Origin: an uncultured delta proteobacterium
GTDB taxonomy: Bacteria; Myxococcota; B64-G9
Assembly (NCBI GenBank): GCA_963754925.1
Contig: CAVWHX010000004.1
Span: 1,184,001-1,248,000 of the forward strand
Length of the DNA: 64,000 nucleotides
Reading direction: 5' to 3'
Shown here one piece after another: positions 20,568 to 31,365 of the stretch. Within the stretch, counting starts at the first letter, position 1. Every line of letters begins with the position of its first letter. Under the pieces are notes generated by a model. It saw only the letters and a program-made list of their open reading frames with translations. It ran no database searches and was not told the DNA's origin. A program made the position numbers and the translations under genes.

Positions 20568-21394
20568 ATGGAACCAAAGGTTCAGCAGAGAAACGTTAGG
20601 GGATCGACGGCGTTGACCTCTGGATGTCGCAAAGCCTGCTCAGTCGCCCCAAGGCGGTGATCGTAATCGTCCATGGAGTGTGCGAGCACAGTGGTCGTTA
20701 TGATTATGTGGTCTCTCGCCTAAACTCCTTTGGTTATTCCGTGTACCGCTTTGACCTCCGCGGCCACGGCCGTTCCGGCGGCGAGCGTGGATATGTCGAG
20801 GATTATCAGCTCTATGTTGACGATACCAACCAGGTTGTGAGCATTGCTCAGAAGGAAAACACCGGCATACCCATGGTTATGCTCGCTCACAGCATGGGAG
20901 GATTCATCGCCGCTCAGTACGGCGTCAAGTACCCCGACCGTCTCTTGGGCCAGGTGCTGTGCGGCGCCGCGGTGATAGTTCCGCCCATGTTCAAAGATCT
21001 TGAGACCACCCTGGATTACAACGCTACGCCGCGAAACCCCGTCCCCAATACCATGATAAACATTGTCTCGCGCGACCAACAGGTGGTAACGGCATATATC
21101 AACGATCCCCTCGCGCTCAAGCAGTTGACCACCAAGCTGTTGGGCGAGGTCTTTCTCAAGGGCGCGCGAGATATTATGAACAGAGCGGCGAGCTACCACT
21201 ACCCCTGCCTCATCCTCTATGGCGGAGGCGATCTCATCGTCAACCCGGATGCTTCACGCTACTTCTATGAACATATCTCGTCGAAGGATAAGCAGATCAA
21301 GAGCTATGACGGGCTGTACCACGAGATCCTCAACGAACCGGAAAAGGACACGGTGCTTGAAGATATCCGCCAGTGGATAGACGCCCGGGTTTGA
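20568..21394 (+). CDS. Lysophospholipase/monoacylglycerol lipase family hydrolase (1-nt frameshift at G4, 20599-20602)
   Basis: VHGVCEHSGRY, DLRGHGRSGGERG, AHSMGG and YHEILNEPE motifs. SD plus ATG 20568 join the main ORF (..RG-x-DGVDLW..) if one base is added. Confidence 0.88.
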
Positions 21395-21844
21395 GACTGA
21401 TGGGTAGGGCACGCTAAGCCTTGAGCCAGAAGTTCAACGATTTTTTCCTTGCTTTTTATGCTTCCGCCGAAATAAACTCAGCGTTTGGAATCTAAACACC
21501 CCGTTTTTTCAAACGGTTGCGGGGTGGAATGGGAGTGCCCAATCGGTGGCTTCCCGCAGTACGGTCCTTTCCAGCCGGTCCGTCTTCATGATGGAACTGA
21601 GAGGGCCGGAGGCTGCCCAGTTATCTCATATTTCCCTTACAGCCTGCCCTCTCCCAAAGAGAGGCTGATGCAGCATGCTGTATGTTAATAATGCAATTAT
21701 CTAAATATGAAATCCTTGTTTTAAAGAGTCCGCTCTTCGGATCACCATTAATTATATCACAGGTTGAAAACGATAAGGCGATGGATGGATTATTGAGTTG
21801 TCTCGAAGGTGTCCTTATAGAATACCGGTAAGGAGAAGAATTAG

Positions 21845-22642
21845 ATGCCAATACTGAAAAAAGCTTTAATCAAGGCATCAGGGAATCTCTTCATTCAAAG
21901 GGTATTGGAGAAAAATGTGCAGGTTTCTCAATATTTGATGGGGATCGGATCTGGTGACGGAGTTTTATCTAGTGGTGAACGAGCTATTTTTTATCTTCTT
22001 AAGCAAAGATTCAAACCTCCGTACTGCATTTTTGATGTTGGTTCAAACAAGGGTCAATTCCTTCAGCTGATTCTTGATAGTATTGCGGTAGATGATTTTT
22101 CAATTCACTGCTTTGAGCCTGGACACCAAACATTCAAAATTCTTGCGGAGTTTTTCAAAGAAGATAAGCGAATTAGATTAAACAATATTGGTATAGGCAA
22201 AGAAATAGGTGAGGCAATATTGCACTTTGATAGCGCTGGTTCAGGACTCGCTTCTCTTACAAAAAGAAGGCTGGATCACTTTGGTGTCGATTTTAACAAA
22301 TCAGAAAAGGTGGAAATCAGCACAATTGATAACTACTGTTCAGAGAATGCGATAAACCACATTCATCTGCTAAAGATTGATATTGAGGGACATGAACTCG
22401 ATGCACTCGCTGGCGCAAGAAGAATGTTTAATACCAAGTCAATCGATATCGTCACTTTTGAATTTGGTGGATGCAATATAGATACAAGAACATTTTTCCA
22501 GGATTTTTGGTATTTTTTTAGTGAAATCAATATGAATATCTTCAGAATTACTCCGTCAGGATACTTATATCCAATTAAATCATATAATGAAATTGATGAG
22601 CAATTTAGAACTTTAAACTTTGTTGCATTATCAAATGGGTAA
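21845..22642 (+). CDS. FkbM family methyltransferase
   Basis: FDVGSNKG, FEP, LLKIDIEGHE and FEFGG motifs; AT-rich. Confidence 0.92.
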   Translation: MPILKKALIKASGNLFIQRVLEKNVQVSQYLMGIGSGDGVLSSGERAIFYLLKQRFKPPYCIFDVGSNKGQFLQLILDSIAVDDFSIHCFEPGHQTFKILAEFFKEDKRIRLNNIGIGKEIGEAILHFDSAGSGLASLTKRRLDHFGVDFNKSEKVEISTIDNYCSENAINHIHLLKIDIEGHELDALAGARRMFNTKSIDIVTFEFGGCNIDTRTFFQDFWYFFSEINMNIFRITPSGYLYPIKSYNEIDEQFRTLNFVALSNG

Positions 22643-22700
22643 CAAGGCGCTGCACCGGACGGCTTTTCCGCTACACTCCATTACCGCTGGTGAGATTTGG
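22637..22700 (+). mobile_element. Degenerate integron attC-like site
   Basis: TAAC overlapping the stop codon, then AAGGCGCTGCACCGGACGG...CCGCTGGTGAG. CT(G)CACC pairs with GGTGAG with one extrahelical base; the terminal GTT is absent. Confidence 0.6.
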
Positions 22701-22721
22701 GAGAGGGTGGCGACCTAAGCA

Positions 22722-23282
22722 ATGTCTGAAGACCGTTCGATTCTTTCGATTCTCGAGACCCTTTCCGCTTCGGCCGACGCGCCGCAACGTTTCATCGCGG
22801 CAAAGACCGGCCTCAACCTGGCTAAAGTTAACTTTGTCATGCGCCGGCTCGTCGATAAAGGCTTTGTCAAGCTCAAGCGGGTACGCGACAATCCGCATAA
22901 ATGGCGCTATCTGTATCTGCTGACCCCGGAGGGAATTTTAGAGAAAAGCCGCTTGACCTATAGTTTTTTGCAGAGCTCGTTGAAAGAATACCGTGAGGCC
23001 GAGCGCCGTCTCAAGGCAAGTATCGACGAAATGCTGGAGCAGGGCATACGGAAGGTCGTGCTCTACAGCAGCAACGAAGTCACCGATTTGTGCATACGCC
23101 TGCTCGATCAAATGAGCGACGGCAAACGGATCAGCGTTCTCGGGGTGGTCGACGAAACCGGGCGGCATCCCTTGTCGATACGCCCCTCGCAGGTGGTAGG
23201 GTTGGGTGTTGATGCGATCGTGGTGTGCGACGCCGAAGTCGAAGCCTTACCGCCTGGCATTCCGGTGAGAAGACTGGTGTGA
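22722..23282 (+). CDS. MarR family EPS-associated transcriptional regulator
   Basis: QR-x-IA...LAKVNF...LVDKGFVK and YLYLLTPEGILEKSRLT winged-HTH signature; heads the polysaccharide operon. Confidence 0.85.
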   Translation: MSEDRSILSILETLSASADAPQRFIAAKTGLNLAKVNFVMRRLVDKGFVKLKRVRDNPHKWRYLYLLTPEGILEKSRLTYSFLQSSLKEYREAERRLKASIDEMLEQGIRKVVLYSSNEVTDLCIRLLDQMSDGKRISVLGVVDETGRHPLSIRPSQVVGLGVDAIVVCDAEVEALPPGIPVRRLV

Positions 23283-23354
23283 GGTATGATGCGTGTCTCC
23301 GGAGTGCTATGCCGAGACCCTCCAAGTCGATCGATGAAATAAGAGGGAACTGCC

Positions 23355-24665
23355 ATGTTGCAATCATTCATCAAGAAGATTGAATCCAAGGAAGCCGTTA
23401 TCGGTGTAGTCGGCCTTGGTTATGTTGGGTTGCCCCTTGCCATTACCTTCGCGAAGGCAGGCTTTCACGTCATCGGGTTCGACACCGATCCAAAAAAACC
23501 GGCCTGCCTCCACGAGGGCACGTGTTATCTTGAACATATTCCGGCCGATGTGTTTTATCCCCTTATTCAACAAAAACTACTTCTCGCCACGACCGACTTC
23601 AGTAACATTAATGACGTTGATGCTATATTAGTGTGTGTTCCGACCCCACTTAACGAAAGCCGCGAGCCGGATCTTTCGTTTGTGGAAAACAGCGCCAAAA
23701 TCATTGCGCAGCACCTCAAGAAAGGTCAATTGTTCGCGCTTGAATCGAGCACCTACCCCGGGACGACCGACGAGCTGGTCAAGCCCATTCTCGAACAGGA
23801 ATCGGGTCTTTCGGCTGGAAAAGACTTTTTTTTGGTGTTTAGCCCCGAGCGTGAGGACCCCGGTAACCCAACCTTCCACACTAACAATATCCCCAAGATT
23901 GTCGGCGGTCTGACGCCCTCTTGTTTAAAGGCCGGCGTGGCCCTGTATAGCGCGGTTGTCGATACCGTCGTGCCCACTTCTTCTACCCGTACGGCTGAGA
24001 TGGTCAAATTGTTTGAAAACATATATCGGGCGGTCAACATCGCGTTGGTCAATGAGCTCAAGCTCGTCTCGCACCGGCTGAATATTGATGTTTGGGAGGT
24101 CATCCAGGCGGCGGCGACCAAGCCGTTCGGCTTTCAAGCTTTTTGGCCTGGGCCTGGGCTGGGGGGTCACTGTATCCCCATCGATCCGTTTTACCTGACT
24201 TGGAAGGCGCGTCAGGTGGATTTCAGCACCCGCTTCATCGAGCTGGCAGGCGAAATCAACACGAATATGCCCTACTATGTTGTCGACAGAATCAGCGAAG
24301 CGCTCAATCAACGGCGAAAGAGTCTCAACGGATCGAGTGTGCTGGTGATGGGAGTTTCCTACAAGCCCAACATCGATGACATGCGCGAGAGCCCGGCTCT
24401 CAAGATCATCGAGTTGCTGCAAAACAAAGGCGCCCGGGTGCTCTACCATGACCCGCATGTGCCGGTTTTACCGCGGACGCGCAAGCATTCATTGGATATG
24501 AAGTCGGCGCTGTTGACTGAGAATTTGTTGCGGGCGACCGATTGCGTGGTGGTGGTCACTGATCATAAGAATGTCGATTATGACCTTATAGCCAACAACG
24601 CGGATCTGGTTGTTGACTCGCGCCATTGTGTTCCAAAAGGCAAGGGCAACGTTGTTGATGCGTAA
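23355..24665 (+). CDS. Nucleotide-sugar 6-dehydrogenase (WbpA/WecC-like)
   Basis: [45 protein letters not shown] and DMRESP motifs. Confidence 0.93.
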   Translation: MLQSFIKKIESKEAVIGVVGLGYVGLPLAITFAKAGFHVIGFDTDPKKPACLHEGTCYLEHIPADVFYPLIQQKLLLATTDFSNINDVDAILVCVPTPLNESREPDLSFVENSAKIIAQHLKKGQLFALESSTYPGTTDELVKPILEQESGLSAGKDFFLVFSPEREDPGNPTFHTNNIPKIVGGLTPSCLKAGVALYSAVVDTVVPTSSTRTAEMVKLFENIYRAVNIALVNELKLVSHRLNIDVWEVIQAAATKPFGFQAFWPGPGLGGHCIPIDPFYLTWKARQVDFSTRFIELAGEINTNMPYYVVDRISEALNQRRKSLNGSSVLVMGVSYKPNIDDMRESPALKIIELLQNKGARVLYHDPHVPVLPRTRKHSLDMKSALLTENLLRATDCVVVVTDHKNVDYDLIANNADLVVDSRHCVPKGKGNVVDA

Positions 24666-24706
24666 AAGCCACGCGTATTGAGGATCATCTCTACAGCGAG
24701 CCACGA

Positions 24707-25654
24707 ATGAATCAAGAAAGTAAAATATATGTTGCCGGCCACACCGGATTGGTAGGTTCGGCCATTGTCCGCCGTTTGCAGGCGGGTGGCTATAGCAATT
24801 TAGTGGTTCGTGATATATCAAAACTCGATCTCACCGACCCAAGCGCAACCAATACCTTCTTTGCTCACGAAAAACCCGAGTACGTCTTCATTGCCGCGGC
24901 AAAAGTAGGCGGCATTGTCGCCAACAACACTTACCCGGCTGATTTTATACGGATCAATTTGCAGATCGAGCTCAATCTCATCGATGCGGCATACCAGCAT
25001 GGAGTAAAGAAGCTTCTCTTCCTCGGATCTTCGTGTATCTATCCAAGGTATTCACCGCAGCCGATGAAGGAGGAGCATTTGCTCACCGGCAAGCTTGAGC
25101 CGACCAATGATGCGTACGCAATCGCCAAGATCGCTGGGATTATCGCCTGCAAGAGTTACAACCGTCAGCACGGCACAAACTTCATCGCCGCCATGCCCAC
25201 CAATCTGTATGGTCCGCATGATAACTTTGACCTGCAGAGTAGCCACGTCCTTCCGGCGATGATCCGGAAGTTTCATGAAGCGAAACAGCATGGCGGTAAG
25301 ACGGTTGAGTTGTGGGGCACCGGCTCACCGCGGCGCGAGTTGCTCTACGTTGACGATCTTGCCGATGCGTTGTTGTTTGTCATGAATCACTATGACGCCG
25401 ATCCCAAAAACCCTGACGACATCTTCCTCAATATTGGCACCGGAGAAGATCTCTCAATCAAGGAGCTTGCGTCCTTGGTTAAGGAAATAGTCGGTTATCA
25501 TGGCGAGATCGGCTGGAACACCGCCATGCCCGACGGCATGCCGCGTAAAGTCATGGACGTATCGCGGCTCGCCGCTCTGGGTTGGAAAGCGAAAACACTG
25601 CTCGGCGAGGGAATTCGGCAGACGTACGAGTGGTACCTGGCCAATAAGGTATAG
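24707..25654 (+). CDS. fcl: GDP-L-fucose synthase
   Basis: [39 protein letters not shown] and SHVLPA motifs. Confidence 0.96.
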   Translation: MNQESKIYVAGHTGLVGSAIVRRLQAGGYSNLVVRDISKLDLTDPSATNTFFAHEKPEYVFIAAAKVGGIVANNTYPADFIRINLQIELNLIDAAYQHGVKKLLFLGSSCIYPRYSPQPMKEEHLLTGKLEPTNDAYAIAKIAGIIACKSYNRQHGTNFIAAMPTNLYGPHDNFDLQSSHVLPAMIRKFHEAKQHGGKTVELWGTGSPRRELLYVDDLADALLFVMNHYDADPKNPDDIFLNIGTGEDLSIKELASLVKEIVGYHGEIGWNTAMPDGMPRKVMDVSRLAALGWKAKTLLGEGIRQTYEWYLANKV

Positions 25655-25687
25655 GCGGAGGTATGTTCCCCATTTAGGGGGTCTCTT

Positions 25688-26722
25688 ATGAAAAAAGCAT
25701 TGATCACCGGTATCACCGGGCAAGACGGCTCATATCTGGCCGAGCTTCTGTTGGCGAAAGGGTATGAGGTTCACGGCATTATTCGGCGCAGCAGCTCGTT
25801 CAATACCGGCCGTATCGATCATCTCTACGAGGATCCGCATGTCAAAGGCCGGCGGCTGGTCCTGCACTTTGGCGATCTTTCGGACGGCTCGAACATCTCT
25901 CGGTTGGTTGAGAAGATAGTACCCAGTGAGATTTACAACCTTGGCGCCCAAAGCCATGTGAAAGTTTCGTTCGATGTTCCCGAATTCACCGCACAGGTTG
26001 ATGGTGTTGGCGCAATCCGCTTGCTGGACGCCATCAAGGAGGCGCGCTTAGACACCCGCTTCTATCAAGCCAGCACGTCGGAATTATACGGCAAGGCCCA
26101 AGAGATCCCGCAAACCGAAAAAACGCCCTTTTATCCGCGCAGCCCGTATGCGGCGGCCAAACTCTATGCGTACTGGGTGACGGTCAACTACCGCGAGGCC
26201 TACGGGTTGTACGCCTGTAATGGCATCCTGTTTAACCACGAATCCGAGCGACGCGGCGAGACCTTTGTCACCCGCAAAATCACCCGCGCCGTTGGCCGCA
26301 TCAAGCATGGTTTGCAGGAGACGGTGTATCTCGGCAACCTCGCGGCCCAACGCGACTGGGGGTATGCGCCGGAGTTTGTCGAGGGCATGTGGCGTATGCT
26401 GCAGCAGAATAAACCCGATGACTACGTGCTGGCCACCGGCGAAAAGCACTCGGTCGAGGAGTTCTGTCAACTCGCCTTCACCCGCGCCGGCATGCCGCTC
26501 ACCTTCACGGGCGAGGGCGTCGAACGCAAGGGTATTGATGCCCAAGGCAAGGTGCGGGTCGAAGTTGATCCGGCGTATTTTCGACCTACCGAGGTGGATG
26601 TATTGGTTGGCGATCCAAGCAAAGCGCGTGAGAAACTCGGGTGGTCTCCGAAGATTAAGTTTGCGGAACTAATCGCGCGAATGGTTGATCACGACCTTGC
26701 TCTGGCGGCTGACACAGAGTGA
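25688..26722 (+). CDS. gmd: GDP-mannose 4,6-dehydratase
   Basis: [38 protein letters not shown] and FVTRKI motifs. Confidence 0.98.
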   Translation: MKKALITGITGQDGSYLAELLLAKGYEVHGIIRRSSSFNTGRIDHLYEDPHVKGRRLVLHFGDLSDGSNISRLVEKIVPSEIYNLGAQSHVKVSFDVPEFTAQVDGVGAIRLLDAIKEARLDTRFYQASTSELYGKAQEIPQTEKTPFYPRSPYAAAKLYAYWVTVNYREAYGLYACNGILFNHESERRGETFVTRKITRAVGRIKHGLQETVYLGNLAAQRDWGYAPEFVEGMWRMLQQNKPDDYVLATGEKHSVEEFCQLAFTRAGMPLTFTGEGVERKGIDAQGKVRVEVDPAYFRPTEVDVLVGDPSKAREKLGWSPKIKFAELIARMVDHDLALAADTE

Positions 26723-26757
26723 AAAGTGCGGAGTGCAAAGTGCAGAGTGCAGAGTGA
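26716..26757 (+). repeat. Six tandem 7-mers, consensus RRAGTGM
   Basis: AGAGTGA AAAGTGC GGAGTGC AAAGTGC AGAGTGC AGAGTGA; the first unit contains the gmd stop codon. Confidence 0.9.
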
Positions 26758-26766
26758 GAAAATCGG

Positions 26767-27141
26767 ATGAGGATAGAACGATTTGAAGACATCGAAGCTT
26801 GGAAGAAGGCTCGAGAACTCGCCGGAACAATCTACAAGGCTACTCGGGATGGACCGATTGCCAAGGACTTCGGCTTTCGAGATCAGATCAGACGTGCGGC
26901 TATATCGGTTCTTGCCAATATCGCAGAGGGCTTCGGAAGGCGGACCCATAAAGATTTCGCCGGGTTCTTGTACATAGCCCGAGGATCTGTCATGGAAACT
27001 GTCAGTCATCTCTATGTGGCGCTTGATCAGGAGTATTTAACGAATGAGCAAGTCAAAGGGATCCAAGCCGGTTACGAAGAGGTCCGAAAAATGCTGGTAT
27101 CTTTGATTCGCTACCTCGAGTCCTCGCCGACGCCCAAATGA
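26767..27141 (+). CDS. Four helix bundle protein (23S rRNA IVP/Avd-like family)
   Basis: FEDIEAWKKA, DQIRRAAISVLANIAEGF and FLYIARGS-x-x-E signatures. Confidence 0.93.
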   Translation: MRIERFEDIEAWKKARELAGTIYKATRDGPIAKDFGFRDQIRRAAISVLANIAEGFGRRTHKDFAGFLYIARGSVMETVSHLYVALDQEYLTNEQVKGIQAGYEEVRKMLVSLIRYLESSPTPK

Positions 27142-27151
27142 GGTTAATATG

Positions 27152-27186
27152 GTACTTTGCACTCTGCACTTCGCACGATGCACTAT
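27152..27186 (-). repeat. Five tandem 7-mers, inverted relative to 26716-26757
   Basis: GTACTTT GCACTCT GCACTTC GCACGAT GCACTAT, the reverse complement of (A)RAGTGC-like units. Confidence 0.88.
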
Positions 27187-27204
27187 TGATTGATTGGGGA
27201 AAAA

Positions 27205-27822
27205 ATGAACAACGCCATCAATAATTCCATTATTTATCCTAACGTTTCGTTGGGCCATGGCACCACGGTTGATGCCTACTGTATTGTGGGGCAGCCGTAT
27301 CAAGGGGCCACGCTTGGAAAGAACCAGACCACCATCGGTCGCGATTCTGTCATCCGTTCACACACGGTGATTTACGCCGGGGTTCAGATCGGAGATCGTT
27401 TCCAGACAGGTCATCATACCCTCATACGCAACGGAACAACCATCGGCGACGACTGTTCGGTGGATTCAGGCAGCACGGTGGAGTTTGCCGTGCAGATTGG
27501 CAACGGCGTGCGTCTGCACTCGAACGTGTTTGTTCCCGAGTATAGCATTTTGGAGGACGGCTGTTGGATCGGACCGAATGTCGTCTTGACCAACGCCAAG
27601 TACCCTCGATCATCCCGGGCCAAAGAAGAGATCCAAGGTGTTCATATCGAACAGGGCGCCAAAATAGGGGCAAATGCCACCATTTTAGCCGGTGTCCGCA
27701 TCGGTCGCGATGCGCTGATCGGCGCGGGCGCGGTGGTCACCCATGATGTTCCCGCCGGGGCGGTGATGGTGGGCAACCCTGCCAAGCAAATCAACCAGAT
27801 CGAAAACCTTCCGTACCGATAA
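27205..27822 (+). CDS. Hexapeptide-repeat sugar N/O-acetyltransferase
   Basis: Left-handed beta-helix hexapeptide repeats, [20 protein letters not shown] and GNPA motifs. Confidence 0.88.
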   Translation: MNNAINNSIIYPNVSLGHGTTVDAYCIVGQPYQGATLGKNQTTIGRDSVIRSHTVIYAGVQIGDRFQTGHHTLIRNGTTIGDDCSVDSGSTVEFAVQIGNGVRLHSNVFVPEYSILEDGCWIGPNVVLTNAKYPRSSRAKEEIQGVHIEQGAKIGANATILAGVRIGRDALIGAGAVVTHDVPAGAVMVGNPAKQINQIENLPYR

Positions 27823-27862
27823 ACGCAATTTTGATAATATCCTCTGGAATAGGAGATTGAGG

Positions 27863-28870
27863 ATGAAGGTGTTGGTGACCGGTGCGGCCGGGTTTATTGG
27901 ATACCACACGAGCCGCCGGCTTCTGGAGCGGGGTGATGATGTTGTCGGTGTGGACAACCTCAACGACTATTATGATGTATCCCTGAAAGAAGCGCGGTTG
28001 GCTATGCTTCGAGGATTCGAGAAATTTACTTTTCAAAAGCTAGACGTGGCGGACCGAAAAGGGATGGATCAGTGCTTCGCAACATATAAGCCGAATAGGG
28101 TTGTGCACTTGGCGGCCCAAGCCGGCGTGCGCTACTCGCTTACGAACCCCTACGCGTATGTGGATTCCAACCTTGTGGGTTTTATTAACATCTTGGAGGG
28201 CTGCCGGAATCATGGCGTGCAACATCTTGTTTATGCTTCCTCAAGCTCGGTGTATGGAGCGAACACAAAGCTTCCCTTCTGCGTCGATGATAACGTTGAC
28301 CATCCTGTAAGTTTGTACGCGGCCACCAAAAAGGCCAACGAGTTGATGGCGCACACCTACAGTCACTTATACTGTTTGCCCACAACCGGGCTCCGTTTTT
28401 TTACGGTTTACGGCCCCTGGGGGCGGCCGGACATGGCGCTTTTTCTTTTCACCAAAGCCATTCTTGAAGACCGCCCCATCGAGGTATTCAACCACGGCAA
28501 GATGCAACGCGATTTTACGTATATCGACGATATCGTCGAGGGGGTTATCCGTGTCTTGGACAGAATCGCCGAGCCGGATTCCAAATGGTCATGCGATGAC
28601 CCGAGGCCGGGTTCAAGCTGTGCGCCCTATCGAATTTATAACATCGGTAACAATCAACCCGTTGACCTGATTTGTTTCATTGAGGCTATTGAAAATTGTT
28701 TGGGAAAAAAGGCCAAGAAGAACTTACTGCCTATCCAGCCAGGAGATGTAACCGCCACGTGTGCCGATGTGGATAGCCTTATCAGCGATGTCTGTTTTCA
28801 ACCAAAAACCTCTGTCGAAACCGGTATTGCGCGCTTTGTGGAGTGGTATCGGTGGTACTATCACAAGTAA
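27863..28870 (+). CDS. NAD-dependent epimerase, UDP-glucuronate 4-epimerase type
   Basis: [34 protein letters not shown] and [15 protein letters not shown] motifs. Confidence 0.93.
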   Translation: MKVLVTGAAGFIGYHTSRRLLERGDDVVGVDNLNDYYDVSLKEARLAMLRGFEKFTFQKLDVADRKGMDQCFATYKPNRVVHLAAQAGVRYSLTNPYAYVDSNLVGFINILEGCRNHGVQHLVYASSSSVYGANTKLPFCVDDNVDHPVSLYAATKKANELMAHTYSHLYCLPTTGLRFFTVYGPWGRPDMALFLFTKAILEDRPIEVFNHGKMQRDFTYIDDIVEGVIRVLDRIAEPDSKWSCDDPRPGSSCAPYRIYNIGNNQPVDLICFIEAIENCLGKKAKKNLLPIQPGDVTATCADVDSLISDVCFQPKTSVETGIARFVEWYRWYYHK

Positions 28871-28935
28871 AATGCTGCTTATGTACTGGTGATTACAATC
28901 TCTTTAAATACCCGAGAATTAAACCCCGAGAATTT

Positions 28936-30280
28936 ATGCGGCTAAGCCGTAGGATCATAGAATTATATAAAATTCATTTACCTGCGGGATCGTTGCGTGC
29001 ACGGATGGCGTATGGCACTTTCTGGACGCTTGTAGGTACTATGATAGCACAACTTGCGGGGATGCTTGGATCTATATTCAGTGCACGAATATTAGGTAAG
29101 GTGGGCTTTGGTGAGCTTGGAATGATACGAAGCACCGTGCTTATGTTTGGGGTTCTTGCAGGCACCGGTCTTGGAATGGCCACCACTAAGTATGTCGCGG
29201 AATTTCGTGTTAACGATCCTTTTAAAGCCGGCCGCATGATCGGATTATTTATGAATACGGCCTTTATATTGGGGACCTGCGTCACGTTAAATATGTTTGA
29301 TAATTGCAACACCCCTAGCGAAATGGACAATGGAAGCACCACAGTTGGCAGGTGCATTACAAATAGGGTGTCTATTACTATTGCTGAACACAATCAATGG
29401 TGTTCAGTTAGGAGCAATATGTGGTTTCGAGGCATTCCGGACACAGTCTCAAGTGATTGTCTTGGATGGGATATTTAACCTTGTCCTCATTCCTATGGGT
29501 GCATTTTTCTACGGTGTTACTGGAGCAGTGGGTGGCTCGGTTATGGCTGCCATATTTGGGTTTATGGTAAAGCAGTATGCAATGAATAAAGAGTGCAAGC
29601 GCGCAACTATCACAATATCTCATCGCAATGTTTCTCAAGAATTCCCAGCTCTGTGGAAATTTGTGTTACCGGCAGTATTGGTAGGTGTAAGTGCACAGCC
29701 ATTTGACTGGCTAGCGCGATTGATTATAGTGCGTGGTCCAACAGGATATGGTGCCTTGGGGCTCTTTGCTGCGGCCAATTCCGTGTCACAAATAATCCTT
29801 TTTCTTCCAGGGCAGATTGCTGGTCCAACCCAACCAATATTATCAAACCTGACCGGGCATGCTGATGTAAGAAATATTCAGAAAATATTACTGCAAGGCA
29901 ATATAACAATTATTGGAATAGCTGTGGTTATCGGAGTAATTTTTATGATATTGGCGTCTTATATTATGCTTCTATATGGATCGGAATACTCCGCAGCGGC
30001 AACCACATTGGCGATTCTTGCAGTGTCTTCGATATTTTGTGCTGGAAGCAATGTCGTAAAGAACTTCCTATATGCAATTAATCGCGTATGGATAGTTGTC
30101 TCGGCTCATATTGTTATGGGCATTATATTGTGTATCATGGCGTATTTGCTGCAGAATAAAGGATCGGATGGTCTTGCAGCTGCATATGCTCTCGGTTGGT
30201 TAGCACTACTTGTTATTGAATATTGGTATGCTTTATACAAACTGACTCAAATGCGACGTGGCACTAACGTTCCCGCATGA
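28936..30280 (+). pseudogene. wzx: Wzx oligosaccharide flippase split by a 1-nt frameshift near 29290
   Basis: ARILG-x-x-x-FG and GLG-x-x-x-TKYVA motifs, many TM helices. Removing one A (29289-29291) gives ..VTLICLIIATPL.. Confidence 0.85.
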
Positions 30281-30336
30281 AAAGCATAAGTCATTAAGGT
30301 GCTGAATAGTTGTGGAGAGGAAGGAGAACTGACTTG

Positions 30337-31356
30337 ATGGAAAAAACAAATAATAAAGTTAGGATTGGCATATTGGGTGCCGGCAAGGTTGCGCGAGAAA
30401 TTCATCTGCCGGTGATTAAAAATATGAGTAATGCAGAAATTATATGGCTGTGCGATGTGTCACCAGTAGCAGCAACAGCGGCAAACGCCTATGTCCCTGG
30501 CGCCAGGGTGCACAACTCCATTGACGATTGCGAGCCTGTGGATGTTGTGCTGGTAACTATCCCCGTGGGTTACAGGCGAGATCCGCTTCTCAAGGTTATC
30601 GGACGTGGCTGGAATGTCCTTTGCGAGAAGCCTTTCGCTGTCACGCTGGCTGAACACGATGAATATTTGCTCAAAGCGATGCAGGCCAGGGTCAACGTGG
30701 GCGTGGGTCTCATGCGTCGTTATTACAAGCAGACATGCTTAGCGAGAGATATCCTGGAATCCGGTGTGTTTGGCGTGGTCCAGGAAGTATGGGCAAGCCA
30801 GGGGAGCAAAGTAATCAGAACTGGACGCGAGAATAATTATCAGGCGGATAAAAATGCTTCTGGTGGCGGTGTGCTTATGGAAACTGGAGTGCATCTTGTC
30901 GATCAGGTTTTTGCGATTTTGGGGGTACAAACATTTAACATAGTTGATGCAAAACAGAAAGTTTATAATGGGCTTGATTTTGAAATGAATGCAGTGGTTG
31001 ATCTGGAACTTGCTTCACAGAATAATGTCAGGTTTAATCTTGAGTTGAGTAATATAAACGAATTGTATTTTGGTATTGTTGTGCGTACCACACAGGCCGT
31101 GCTGAAAATCGGAGTGTTAGCAGATAGACACGTGATTCTGTGTTCCATGGATGGAAAGCCGTTAGCATACTTAGGAGGCGAACGCGGTGCAGATACGGCC
31201 TACCAAGCTTTCTATATGGAATGGACCGATTTTATCAGGCAGTGTTTTTCAGCGGATGGCTACAAATCAGCTGTCAGTGCGGAGTCTGCCAGAAAAACAA
31301 CCGAGTTCATTGATAGGTGTTACAAAGAAGCTGGACAGATCGCTATTGGCAAATAA
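30337..31356 (+). CDS. Gfo/Idh/MocA family oxidoreductase
   Basis: GILGAGKVA, VLCEKP and GGGVLMETGVH motifs. Confidence 0.9.
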   Translation: MEKTNNKVRIGILGAGKVAREIHLPVIKNMSNAEIIWLCDVSPVAATAANAYVPGARVHNSIDDCEPVDVVLVTIPVGYRRDPLLKVIGRGWNVLCEKPFAVTLAEHDEYLLKAMQARVNVGVGLMRRYYKQTCLARDILESGVFGVVQEVWASQGSKVIRTGRENNYQADKNASGGGVLMETGVHLVDQVFAILGVQTFNIVDAKQKVYNGLDFEMNAVVDLELASQNNVRFNLELSNINELYFGIVVRTTQAVLKIGVLADRHVILCSMDGKPLAYLGGERGADTAYQAFYMEWTDFIRQCFSADGYKSAVSAESARKTTEFIDRCYKEAGQIAIGK

Positions 31357-31365
31357 ATGGGGTGA

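Noticed and set aside
21691..21830. 46-codon ORF MQLSKYEIL... upstream of FkbM
   Set aside because: No SD and no recognisable motif; cannot be supported.
26716..27186. CRISPR array or diversity-generating retroelement
   Set aside because: Repeats are spacer-less 7-mers; no cas genes, reverse transcriptase or TR/VR pair in the window.
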